The position numbers were made by a program, and so were the translations under genes. Source: Bacteroidia bacterium (GTDB lineage Bacteria; Bacteroidota; Bacteroidia; Bacteroidales; Prolixibacteraceae). Taken from it: a DNA stretch of 44,419 nt. The notes beneath the pieces are model-generated. The model made no database searches. It was given only the letters and a program-made list of their open reading frames with translations, and had not been told where the DNA came from. Location: NCBI GenBank assembly GCA_026391655.1, contig JAPLDR010000019.1, positions 5,399-49,817 of the forward strand, written 5' to 3'. Shown here one piece after another: positions 28,632 through 38,183 of the stretch (positions are counted from its first letter, which is position 1; the number at the start of each line of letters is the position of its first letter).

Positions 28632-30047
28632 AGTCATCAAAAAATAATTAACATGAAGCAGCTAATTTGGTTAATCCTGATCTTTATTTCCCCGGTGCTC
28701 CAGGCACAGGAACTTGTTACTTATGATGCTCCCGGAGGCATGAAATACACGGCTCATAACGATGACTTTACGGTAAAAGTGCGGCAACCGGGTGGCGAGT
28801 GGATGGATTTGTTCGAGTACAATGTTCAGGTCGATATGGATAATGTGCAAAATGCCTCGATGGTTTCGTTCGATTTCTCCGGAAAGGTTGAAGTTTCGGT
28901 CAGGAAAAACAATGGAACTGTGAACGATGTAAAAATCCGACCTTTGTCATATCAAATTCCTTCGGAAATAAGTGAAAATGTGATCACGTTTTCGCTCAAT
29001 CAGCCACGCAAAATCTCTCTCGAAGTAAATGGTGACAAACTTCACAATCTGCATTTGTTTGCCAATCCGATTCTTAGCGACAAACCCGATCCGAAAGATC
29101 CAAACGTAATTTACTTCGGTCCGGGAATTCATCAGCCAGGCGATCTGCCTGGCGATACCTTTCTTATTCCATCCGGGAAAACAGTGTACATTGATGGTGC
29201 GGCAGTTATAAAAGCTAAATTGGTGGTTGACCGTGCTCATGATGTAAAAATAATCGGTCATGGAATAGTTTTTCAGTCTCAGCGAGGTGTTGAAATCCGA
29301 CATTCACAAAATGTGACGATTGATGGACCGATTTTTATCAATCCCAGTCATTACACGGTTTATGGCGGACAAACGACTGGGTTAACCGTTCGCAACATCA
29401 AATCTTTTAGCTGCAAAGGGTGGAGCGATGGCATCGACCTGATGTCGTGTTCCGATGTGCTGATCGATGATGTTTTTATGCGCAATTCCGACGATTGCAT
29501 CGCCATTTACGGCCATCGCTGGGACTTTTACGGCAGTTCCAGGAACTATCAGATCAAAAATTCAACCCTCTGGGCCGACATTGCCCATCCGACAAACATC
29601 GGACTACACGGTAACGCCGAGGCAGGTGGCGATACAATTGAAAACGTCACCTTCAGCAATATCGACATTCTGGAACACGACGAAGACGACCGCAATTACC
29701 AGGGATGTATGGCCATCAGTGCCAGCGACAATAATTTGGTACGGAACATCACTTACGAAAACATCCGCGTTGAAGATTTTCAGGAAGGTCAACTGTTCAA
29801 TTTCAGGGTTTATTTCAACGAAAAATACAGCGGTGCTCCGGGCAGGAGTGTTCACAACATTCAGCTGAAAAATATTCAGTACAACGGAAATTCGGCCAAT
29901 TCTTCTGTGATTAGTGGATATAATAAAGATCGTTCGGTGGATGGAGTTCGGATCGAGGGTCTAAAAATAAATGGGAAAGCAGTACTTAATGCTAAAGATG
30001 GAGATATCTGGATTGGCGAATTTGCCAATGAAATAAAATTTAAATAG
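28626..30047 (+). CDS. Right-handed beta-helix glycoside hydrolase, GH28-like
   Basis: 473 aa. The likely real start is the second Met (MKQLIWLILIFISPVLQAQE, ~28653). GH28-like motif pair WSDGIDL ... NSDDCIAIYG (compare NTDGID / GDDCIAI), then GLHGNAEAGG. Repetitive beta-helix composition. Confidence 0.5.
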   Translation: MSSHQKIINMKQLIWLILIFISPVLQAQELVTYDAPGGMKYTAHNDDFTVKVRQPGGEWMDLFEYNVQVDMDNVQNASMVSFDFSGKVEVSVRKNNGTVNDVKIRPLSYQIPSEISENVITFSLNQPRKISLEVNGDKLHNLHLFANPILSDKPDPKDPNVIYFGPGIHQPGDLPGDTFLIPSGKTVYIDGAAVIKAKLVVDRAHDVKIIGHGIVFQSQRGVEIRHSQNVTIDGPIFINPSHYTVYGGQTTGLTVRNIKSFSCKGWSDGIDLMSCSDVLIDDVFMRNSDDCIAIYGHRWDFYGSSRNYQIKNSTLWADIAHPTNIGLHGNAEAGGDTIENVTFSNIDILEHDEDDRNYQGCMAISASDNNLVRNITYENIRVEDFQEGQLFNFRVYFNEKYSGAPGRSVHNIQLKNIQYNGNSANSSVISGYNKDRSVDGVRIEGLKINGKAVLNAKDGDIWIGEFANEIKFK

Positions 30048-31688
30048 ATGATTTTAAGAGTGAAAATTGCTCATTGTAGATTGATGACCTGGATGGTATT
30101 TATGGTCTGTCTGATGTTGTCAACTTTTACCCAGGCAGCTGTATACCAATGGTCAGTTGCGGTATCAAGTGTTGTTTCCAACGAAACCAATGACCATCCA
30201 CTTGCTTTTTTGTGGATACCCGAAAATTGCAAACAGGTTCGGGCAGTTCTGGTTGGTCAGCACAATATGACAGAGGAAGATATTTTTGAACATCCGAAAT
30301 TTCGTGAACAGATGGCCAAACTGGGCATTGCCGAAGTTTGGGTGACACCAGGATTCAATTTTTTGTTCGATTTTAATCAAGGTGCCGGCGAACAGTTTGA
30401 AGAGATCATGAAAGCGCTGGCAAAGGAATCGGGATACAGAGAACTCGAATTTGCCCCGGCTATTCCCATTGGCCATTCTGCTTGTGCCAGTTATCCGTGG
30501 AATTTTGCAGCATGGAATCCCGGTCGTACTTTAGCTGTTCTTTCCATTCATGGTGATGCCCCATTAACAAATCTGACCGGGAGTGGTCGTCCAAACCCCG
30601 GCTGGGGAAACCGCAGCATTGATGGTGTTCCTGGTTTGATGGTTGAAGGTGAATACGAATGGTGGGAAGACCGCGTACAACCGGCACTCAACTTTCAGCA
30701 ACGATTTCCCGAAGCTACGATTTCGTTTTTATGCGATGCAGGACACGGACATTTTGATATTTCAGATGAACTGATTGATTACCTGGCACTATTCATCAGA
30801 AAAGCCGTTCAATATCGGTTGCCTGAAAAAATACCTGTAAATATTGAGGTGCCTTTATTGCCCTCAAATCCTAAGTTGGGATGGCTTGGCGAGCGTTGGA
30901 AACGTGACCAACTGCCAAAATTTCAGTCGGCTCCATACAATCAGTACAAAGGTGACCGAAAGGATGCGTTCTGGTATTTCGATCAGGAAACCGCTGAAGC
31001 AACAGAAAAATATTATGCGCGGGTTCGTGGTAAAAAGGAGCAATACCTTGGCTTTAGTCAAAATGGTAAGTTGTTGTCATTTAACCCAAAGCTACATGCC
31101 CGGATTGCCGGAAAATTTGAGCCGGAAGCCGATGGACTGACTTTTCATGTCTGCCCTGAGTTTACAGATACTTTAAGAAGTGAACTATCTAAAGATCATG
31201 CTAAAGGAAAGCCAATCGTCAGCCGGATTTGTGGCCCCGTTGAAAAAGTCAATGATACCACCTTTACGGTTCGTTTTTACCGGATGGGATTCAACAGCGA
31301 AAAGCGCACGGGTGATATTTGGTTATTGGCCAGTCATCCGGGAGATGAAAATTACAAAAGTACCGTTCAACAGTTCAATGCGCGGATTCCTCTACGAAAC
31401 AACGAAGGTGCAGATCAGCATATTTCCTTTGCAGCAATGCCTAATGTGAAACAAGGAACAAAAAAGGTTGATTTATTGGCAAAATCGGATAGTGGTATGC
31501 CGGTTTATTTCTACGTTCAGGAGGGGCCTGCCGAATTGAAAAATGGGGAATTGATTTTTACACAAATTCCACCTCGTAGCAAATTTCCGGTAAAAGTAAC
31601 TGTAGTGGCCTGGCAATACGGACGATCGACTGAACCCAAAATAAAAACAGCAGAACCTGTAGTACAAAGTTTTTATCTTTCAAGATAA
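30048..31688 (+). CDS. Hypothetical secreted protein, possibly an alpha/beta-hydrolase-fold esterase
   Basis: 546 aa. The likely start is at MTWMVFMVCLMLSTFTQA (~30084). The order of motifs suggests a Ser-Asp-His triad: a beta-strand VLVGQHN, a nucleophile-elbow-like IGHSACASYPW, then VLSIHGDAP, then CDAGHGHF. No firm family assignment. Confidence 0.35.
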   Translation: MILRVKIAHCRLMTWMVFMVCLMLSTFTQAAVYQWSVAVSSVVSNETNDHPLAFLWIPENCKQVRAVLVGQHNMTEEDIFEHPKFREQMAKLGIAEVWVTPGFNFLFDFNQGAGEQFEEIMKALAKESGYRELEFAPAIPIGHSACASYPWNFAAWNPGRTLAVLSIHGDAPLTNLTGSGRPNPGWGNRSIDGVPGLMVEGEYEWWEDRVQPALNFQQRFPEATISFLCDAGHGHFDISDELIDYLALFIRKAVQYRLPEKIPVNIEVPLLPSNPKLGWLGERWKRDQLPKFQSAPYNQYKGDRKDAFWYFDQETAEATEKYYARVRGKKEQYLGFSQNGKLLSFNPKLHARIAGKFEPEADGLTFHVCPEFTDTLRSELSKDHAKGKPIVSRICGPVEKVNDTTFTVRFYRMGFNSEKRTGDIWLLASHPGDENYKSTVQQFNARIPLRNNEGADQHISFAAMPNVKQGTKKVDLLAKSDSGMPVYFYVQEGPAELKNGELIFTQIPPRSKFPVKVTVVAWQYGRSTEPKIKTAEPVVQSFYLSR

Positions 31689-31721
31689 AATGTTAAATCT
31701 GTAACGAATAAGATCTGAAAT

Positions 31722-34019
31722 ATGAAAAAGTATTTATTGTTGTTAATTGTTTGTGCATTAAGTATTACCGTCACTGCAAAGGGACGAAAATATTTACTGC
31801 ATACCGATGCCAACATTGCCCGTTTGAAAGAACAGGTCAAAAATGATCCGGAGATCAGGCAGTCCTGGGAAAACCAGTTGCAGAAAGCAGAAGAGATGCT
31901 GAAGCGCGAACGCTCAGGCGCTCCCGACCTTCAGGAATTGGGGCTCGTTTACCGTATGACCGGCGATAACCGTTTTGCTGAAAGGATCAAACAGGTATTG
32001 GTTAATGCCATCAGTCAGGAAAGCTGGGAAGGGCAGGATTTGCTGCAGCGAACTCCGCCGTGGAAAGGTGGTTTGGGAACTGCTCACACAAGCTTTTTTG
32101 TGGCTATCGGGTACGATTGTGCCTATAACTATCTGACATCTGCCGAGCGTAAACAGATTGCTGAGGGTATTGTCAAAGTCGGGATTAAATCTGCCATGAA
32201 CGATTGGCTAAAACCCGAAACGAATATTCACACTTTCGATACGATGGGACACAACTGGTGGAGCGCCTGTGTCGATATGGCCGGATTTGCTGCCTTAGCT
32301 GTGAAAGATGAAATCCCTGAAGCACAAAAATGGGCCGAAGAGATTTCGGAAATATCTGTAGAGTGGTTCAATTTCTCCGGAAATGTGATGGACAACAAAC
32401 CTGTGAGTTTCGATCGCGACGGTGGTTTTTACGAAAGCATCAACTACGCCAGCTTTGGCTTTTCACAATATTTGCTTTTCCGGTATGCCTTCCAAAATGT
32501 GCTTCCCGAAGTGAAATTACCCGAAGTTCCGGCAATGGAAAAGATGGCCGATTTCTTTATTCAAACCACCTATTATTCTAAAGAGGGGCCGATGTCGGTC
32601 AATTTTGGCGACAGCAATGTGAGACGGAATGGCAATGCGTGTGTGGTTCTGCTCTGGAACCTGGGTTTTCACAAAGACCGCTACGCCTGGTACCTGCAAA
32701 AAACCGAAAGGGGAACGGATAAAGAGGGTTTGGAAATGGACAGTCCTCAGGGCCTGATTTTACATCCCTATTTACCACAACCAAAGGACTTTAAATTGCC
32801 TGATCTGCCTGAATCGAAACTCTTTTCCGACATGGGTTGGGCTACGTTACGCGATTCGTGGAAAGATGATGCAACAATGCTGGGAATTAAATGCGGTACG
32901 ACCTGGAACCATGCTCATGCCGATGCCGGTTCATTCATCCTGTTTCACAAAGGCAAGAACCTGATCATCGACTCGGGAAACTCTTCTTACGGACGACCTG
33001 AATACTCGCAATTTTACTGTCAGAGCGAGGCACACAATGTGGTACTTTTCAACGGGAAAGCGCAAAGTCGCAAAGACCCGTATTTTGGTGTCAAGAATGA
33101 AGGTCATCTTTATAATTTGCTCGATGCAGGCAATCTTAAATACATCTTTGCAGATGCCACTGGTCCAACTTCTCAATGGTTTACGCGCAACTATCGCCAC
33201 TTTCTTTGGATCGGCGATGTTATTCTAGTGATCGACGATCTGGAATCGTACGAACCAGGTAAGTTTGAATGGCTGCTGCATTACAACGGAGAGTCGAAAC
33301 GGCGTGGTTTAGACCTGTCAATCAAAGATAATGATGCCGAAGTGCTTGTTCATCTGCTTTATCCCGAGACGTTTCCCGATGGCGGTCTGCCTCACGACTT
33401 TCCGGAAAAAATGCGACTGGAAGAAAAATCCGGTTTGAAAGATCACCAACCTGATGTGAAACAACCTTTCTGGTCTGTCAGCCATTTTCAGGACACCGAC
33501 CGTACCAAGTTCGTTACCGCCATTATTTTAAAGAACGATCAGAACAAAGATCAATTGCCAAAGATCGGACGGTTCGACGGGAAAGATTTTCTGGGTGTCC
33601 GCATCACTCAAAACGGTAAAACCGCCGAAATTTACCTGAACCTGTTGGCCGACGGACGAATCAAACACCGTAACAGCCTCAATGTGATGAACGGCTGGGA
33701 TACCGATGCCTACCTGATGGCTTTAACTTTTCCGGAAGGGGCAGATTTCGGTAGTCCCAAAAATATAAAACAACTCTTCATCGCCGACGGAAGTTATTTG
33801 CGTCGCGATAGCAAACCATTGATCCATTCGCTTTCCAAATTCTTCACCGTTGTTGACTTCGATGGTGATAACCGGTATCTTAAATTTCAGGGACAAGCGG
33901 ATACAAAAGTTTCTATATATTCGGACAAGAATTTCGGAACGATTTCTGTAAATGGAGAAAAACAACATATCACTTACGATTCAGCTTCGAACCTGGCAAA
34001 ATTTGTTGTCCATCAATAA
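31722..34019 (+). CDS. Heparinase II/III-like polysaccharide lyase (alginate-lyase-like N-domain + Hepar_II_III C-domain)
   Basis: 765 aa with signal peptide. The motif WNHAHADAGSFILFHKGKNLIIDSGNSSYG matches the heparinase II/III family signature (H.HAD.gsF.l...G..l..D.G). N-terminal (alpha/alpha) toroid-like helical region. Confidence 0.7.
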   Translation: MKKYLLLLIVCALSITVTAKGRKYLLHTDANIARLKEQVKNDPEIRQSWENQLQKAEEMLKRERSGAPDLQELGLVYRMTGDNRFAERIKQVLVNAISQESWEGQDLLQRTPPWKGGLGTAHTSFFVAIGYDCAYNYLTSAERKQIAEGIVKVGIKSAMNDWLKPETNIHTFDTMGHNWWSACVDMAGFAALAVKDEIPEAQKWAEEISEISVEWFNFSGNVMDNKPVSFDRDGGFYESINYASFGFSQYLLFRYAFQNVLPEVKLPEVPAMEKMADFFIQTTYYSKEGPMSVNFGDSNVRRNGNACVVLLWNLGFHKDRYAWYLQKTERGTDKEGLEMDSPQGLILHPYLPQPKDFKLPDLPESKLFSDMGWATLRDSWKDDATMLGIKCGTTWNHAHADAGSFILFHKGKNLIIDSGNSSYGRPEYSQFYCQSEAHNVVLFNGKAQSRKDPYFGVKNEGHLYNLLDAGNLKYIFADATGPTSQWFTRNYRHFLWIGDVILVIDDLESYEPGKFEWLLHYNGESKRRGLDLSIKDNDAEVLVHLLYPETFPDGGLPHDFPEKMRLEEKSGLKDHQPDVKQPFWSVSHFQDTDRTKFVTAIILKNDQNKDQLPKIGRFDGKDFLGVRITQNGKTAEIYLNLLADGRIKHRNSLNVMNGWDTDAYLMALTFPEGADFGSPKNIKQLFIADGSYLRRDSKPLIHSLSKFFTVVDFDGDNRYLKFQGQADTKVSIYSDKNFGTISVNGEKQHITYDSASNLAKFVVHQ

Positions 34020-34087
34020 ATTCCGAATCGGGTGAACTGATACTTTGGATAGAGAAAAATTATTCAATAAACTAATAAATTAATCAA

Positions 34088-35269
34088 ATGGAAAAGAAAA
34101 CGACGTATGCAAATGCCCTTCCGGTATTGTTTGGGTTCTTTGTAATGGGTTTTTGCGATGTAGTGGGAATCACTTCAGCACATGTTAAGGAGGATTTATT
34201 GGGCGCTTACAGTCCGGAGTTCAGGGATACTTTATCTAACCTGATACCGGTGGCCTTGTTCTCAATGTTCCTGATTTTCTCAGTACCAACGGGAATTTTA
34301 ATGAATCGCATTGGGCGCAAGAAAACTGTACTCTTAAGCAATGTGATCACGATTGTGGCCATGTTTATTCCACTGATCGGCTACACTTTTTTCATGTCGT
34401 TGATTGCATTTGCATTGTTGGGAATTGCAAACACCATTTTGCAGGTATCGCTTAATCCGCTTTTAACCAATGTAGTGAAAGGCGATAGATTGACCAGTAG
34501 CCTGACTGCAGGCCAGTTTGTAAAAGCCATTTCTTCATTTAGCGCACCGTTTATAGCGGCATTTGCTGCTTCACAATTGGGAAGCTGGCAATATATTTTC
34601 CCGATTTATGCCGTAATCACCCTTTTGTCAACAATTTGGCTGATGGCAACATCTATTCCCGAAGAATCGGTTGAAGGAAAAGCAAGCTCGTTTGGAAGTG
34701 TATTAGGGATTTTAAAAGACAAAACCATTTTTCTTCTTTTTCTCGGGATTTTATTCGTAGTAGGAGTCGATGTTGGTGTAAATACAGCTTCATCGAAGAT
34801 TTTAATGGAACGCTGTGGACTTAGTTCGCTGGATGCCGGTTATGGCCCGAGTGTATATTTTGCTTTCCGTACGTTGGGTGCTTTCCTTGGTGCATTTTTC
34901 CTTGCGAAGTTCTCTTCGGTCAAATTTTTCAAAATTAATATTGTGGTGGCTGTTGCGGCTTTGGTCGCCCTGATTTTTGTCAGTGATAAAATGGCTGTAT
35001 TTGCAATTTTCGGAATCGTCGGATTTACGATTGCCAATGTTTTTCCGATCATCTTTGGAAGGGCCATACAGTCGCGTCCCGATAAAGCCAACGAAATCTC
35101 AGGGTTAATGATTACCGGGGTATTTGGTGGAGCAGTGATTCCATTTCTAATGGGACTGATGTCAGATGCCATTGGTTCGCAGGTAGGAGCTGTTATTGTA
35201 ATCCTGATTAGTGCTCTTTATCTGTTCTTTGCAGCTTTTGCTATAAAAGTTCAGACGAAGCAAACATAA
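34088..35269 (+). CDS. MFS sugar transporter (FHS/GluP-FucP-like family)
   Basis: 393 aa. ~12 hydrophobic segments. The N-terminus (ALPVLFGFFVMGFCDVVGITSAHVKEDL) resembles glucose/galactose/fucose:H+ symporters. Confidence 0.6.
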   Translation: MEKKTTYANALPVLFGFFVMGFCDVVGITSAHVKEDLLGAYSPEFRDTLSNLIPVALFSMFLIFSVPTGILMNRIGRKKTVLLSNVITIVAMFIPLIGYTFFMSLIAFALLGIANTILQVSLNPLLTNVVKGDRLTSSLTAGQFVKAISSFSAPFIAAFAASQLGSWQYIFPIYAVITLLSTIWLMATSIPEESVEGKASSFGSVLGILKDKTIFLLFLGILFVVGVDVGVNTASSKILMERCGLSSLDAGYGPSVYFAFRTLGAFLGAFFLAKFSSVKFFKINIVVAVAALVALIFVSDKMAVFAIFGIVGFTIANVFPIIFGRAIQSRPDKANEISGLMITGVFGGAVIPFLMGLMSDAIGSQVGAVIVILISALYLFFAAFAIKVQTKQT

Positions 35270-35290
35270 AACCTTTTTTTTGGCATATTT

Positions 35291-35328
35291 AAAGACTCTT
35301 CGCTTCAAACGAGGAGTCTTTTGCTTTA
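35291..35328 (+). terminator. Terminator candidate (aaagactcttcg-cttcaaa-cgaggagtcttt, then TGCTTT)
   Basis: 12-bp stem with one U-G wobble, ~20 bp after the MFS stop and after a T9 tract. The tail is only moderately U-rich. Confidence 0.5.
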
Positions 35329-35526
35329 AGAAGGTTTTGTGTTAATTGAAGGATTGGTCTGCATAGAGTTTTCAATCAAGAAATATTTTTATACAAAACT
35401 GATGAACTTAAAAATGAAGTTTTACCTTTGAAAATTATTGGGACAAATTATCATAAACTGACTTGTGAAACCTGACACTTTCCCATTTTGGTTATGATTT
35501 TCTTTAATAAAACACCACCCGTTTAG

Positions 35527-37974
35527 ATGAGAAATACACTCTTGTTAGCACTCTTGACTTTAGTTAACATCGTAACTTTTGCACAGAAGACCATAAACGA
35601 TCCTAAACTTGAGAATAAACTATTCAAACCATACATCAGCTATTTCGAAAATGACCACGAATGGGTGTATACGCATATGAATAAATCTGCCTATATTCCA
35701 GGCGACGATATCTGGTTTACATCGTATGTTTTAAATCCGGTAAATAAGCGATTGAACCCCGCCACATCGAAGCTTTATATTGAGCTTTGGTCACCTGAAA
35801 AGAAGTTGGTTAGCCGAAAGATTCTCTATGTAAAGGCAGGTACAACAAACCATTATATCCATATTGCCGACTCATTGACTCATGGCACTTACTGTTTCAG
35901 AGCCTATACAAACTGGATGCGGAATTTCTACCCGGAAAACGACTTAAACAAATTGATAACTGTCCTTGGCAAGGATAAAGAATTTGAAAACGAAATTATC
36001 GCAAAACACTTTAATGAATCCGCCGACCAGGTGTCACAAAAAGAGAAGAGTACAGCACCTGATACAAGGCCCGATTACGATATTCAGTTTCTGCCCGAGA
36101 GTGGAACTTTTCTTGAGGGCGCTGAGAATGTACTGGGTATTAAAGCGACCGATCCTTATGGTAAAGGTGTAAAAATAACCGGAAAGGTATTCACTGCCGG
36201 CAATAATGAAATTACCTCTTTTTCAACTACTGAATTAGGAATGAATAGAATAATTATTCCTGAAGTAAAGAATCAACAATATTTTGCAAAAATAACGCTT
36301 CCCGATGGAACGAATCGCGAACTGATGCTTCCCAAGGCAGAACCAAGAGGTGTAATCATTCAAATAAATCCTTACAGATCAGATGTCGTATGGTTCAAAA
36401 TTTTCACCAACGAAACAACACGTAAACTTAATGGCACATATATGTTAATGATACATGCCAATGGTGTATTATTCAACAATTATCGAATCCGGTTCTCTGC
36501 GGAGAATGCCATCCAATTCAGGATCAAAAAAGAGCAGATTGGAAGGGGTATTATTTATGCAACCGTCTTTGACGAAAATCTGACACCGGTAGCTGAGCGT
36601 ATCTTTTACAATCAGGGTACCACGGCCAAAGGAAACCTGACCCTCAAAGCCGAACCAATAATTAATGATACGGTGAAAGTAAATGTCCAAATTACCGACT
36701 CACTCACCAGACCCGGATTTGCCAAACTAAGTATATCTGTTCTTCCCGGAGAAACTGTCTTGAGCCATTTCGACAATAGTCTTCAATCAGAATCCATCCT
36801 TCGTCCTGCTCTTCGCGGCAACATCGAAAACCCAAACGGCTATTTTGAGAAAAACGATATCGATCATCTTGTTGCCATCGACCATCTGCTCCTGACCCAG
36901 GGTTGGCGTAAATATGACTGGCCAACAATACTAAAAGACACGATACACAATTTCACCTATCCTTTCGAAGAGGCTTTTACTGTCGAAGGCTCTGTGAAGA
37001 ACTGGTTGAAAAATAAACCTGAACTTAAAAGCAAAATCTCTTTTATCTCTCCCTCAAACAAGATATTTTTAATGGCGCCCGTCGATAGTGCCGGTACATT
37101 TAAATTAGATCGGGCATATCTTACCGATTCAACATGGGTTATTGCATCAGCCTCGAGTGATAAGGGTAAAAACTGGAACCGTGTACTTCAGATGTCTATT
37201 CCCGAATTTTTTATGGGTGTCCCCGATTTTCAGCAAACAATTGCTCCTCATGAAAATGTAAAAGAGGTCGCCGGGGATATTCCCAGGCTTACCAAAGGGG
37301 TTATCCAGCTCAAAGAGATCGTGATTACGGCACAGAAAAAGAACTTATTTGCAGATATCATGAATATAGGGATCATGGATAAAATCCAGGAACTCACGGA
37401 AGACAACTATAGAGACTTTTATAACATGGAGATGCTTCTCGAGACCATATTTAATATCAGAACCGAAGTAACACCCGACGGATATCATTTTAATATGGGC
37501 AGAGGACAATCAAGAGATCCTGTTATGATGATTGATGGGATGAAAGTTCAGGATCCTCAGGATATACTTAATTTTCCCATGGAATTGGTGGAAGCGGTTG
37601 CCGTCAATAAAAGTGGACTTGGTGGCGGCATGGATGGTGCCGGAGGAACCATTGCCATTAAGTCGTGAAGAATACCTCTTTTCATAAAAGAAGTTGATGG
37701 GAGCAATGTCAGGCGAATAATGGTAAAAGGGTATGCCCCCCCTAAGAAATATTTTGAGCCAAGGTATGCCATTCAGCCCGGTACAATCGATTATGGCAAA
37801 TATGCGACCATCTACTGGAAACCCGATCTGGTTATCGATTCAAGCAACAAAGCCTCCTTCAGTTTTTTTGTACCTAATGAGATTAAAACCCTCAGCTTCC
37901 GTGTTGAAGGAATCTCATTTGAAGGCAAGATCTTTAATCAGGAGCAAAAAATAACCCTCCAGGGAAGAAAATAA
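35527..37974 (+). pseudogene. Paralog 1 of a secreted ~815-aa protein with carboxypeptidase-regulatory-like/Ig-like N-region and a plug-like C-terminal motif. An in-frame TGA at 37666-37668 interrupts it
   Basis: ORF 35527-37668 ends ...GGTIAIKS then TGA. The same frame continues RIPLFIKEVDGSNVRRIMVKGYAPPKKYFEPRYAIQPG... to TAA 37972-37974. This is colinear with paralog 2 (IIIKMRTTPLVEDD...RIIVKGYAAPKQYFEPRYAVQPG). The TGA falls at the position of Arg in paralog 2, consistent with CGA to TGA. Confidence 0.7.
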
Positions 37975-38183
37975 TGGATCTATAACGAAATGTATTGGCA
38001 AGAAACAATTGCAGCTGGCTATTAGCAACTCGCAACACAGAAATAATTTCCCGCAAAACTGCTGAACTTAAAAATGAAGTTTTACCTTTGAATATAATTG
38101 AGACAAACGATCATAAACTAAATTGTGAAAGCTGTTTCTTTTTCATTTTGGTTATGATTTTCTTTTAAAATACCTCCCTATTG

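Noticed and set aside
10804-37668. Alternative genetic code (TGA or TAG recoded) as an explanation for the in-frame stops
   Set aside because: TGA terminates at least three well-supported genes here (ABC ATPase, permease, 4482-4907 ORF). TAG terminates GH9, GH97, GH39 and the GH28-like gene. Standard code 11 is in use, so the internal stops are lesions or errors.
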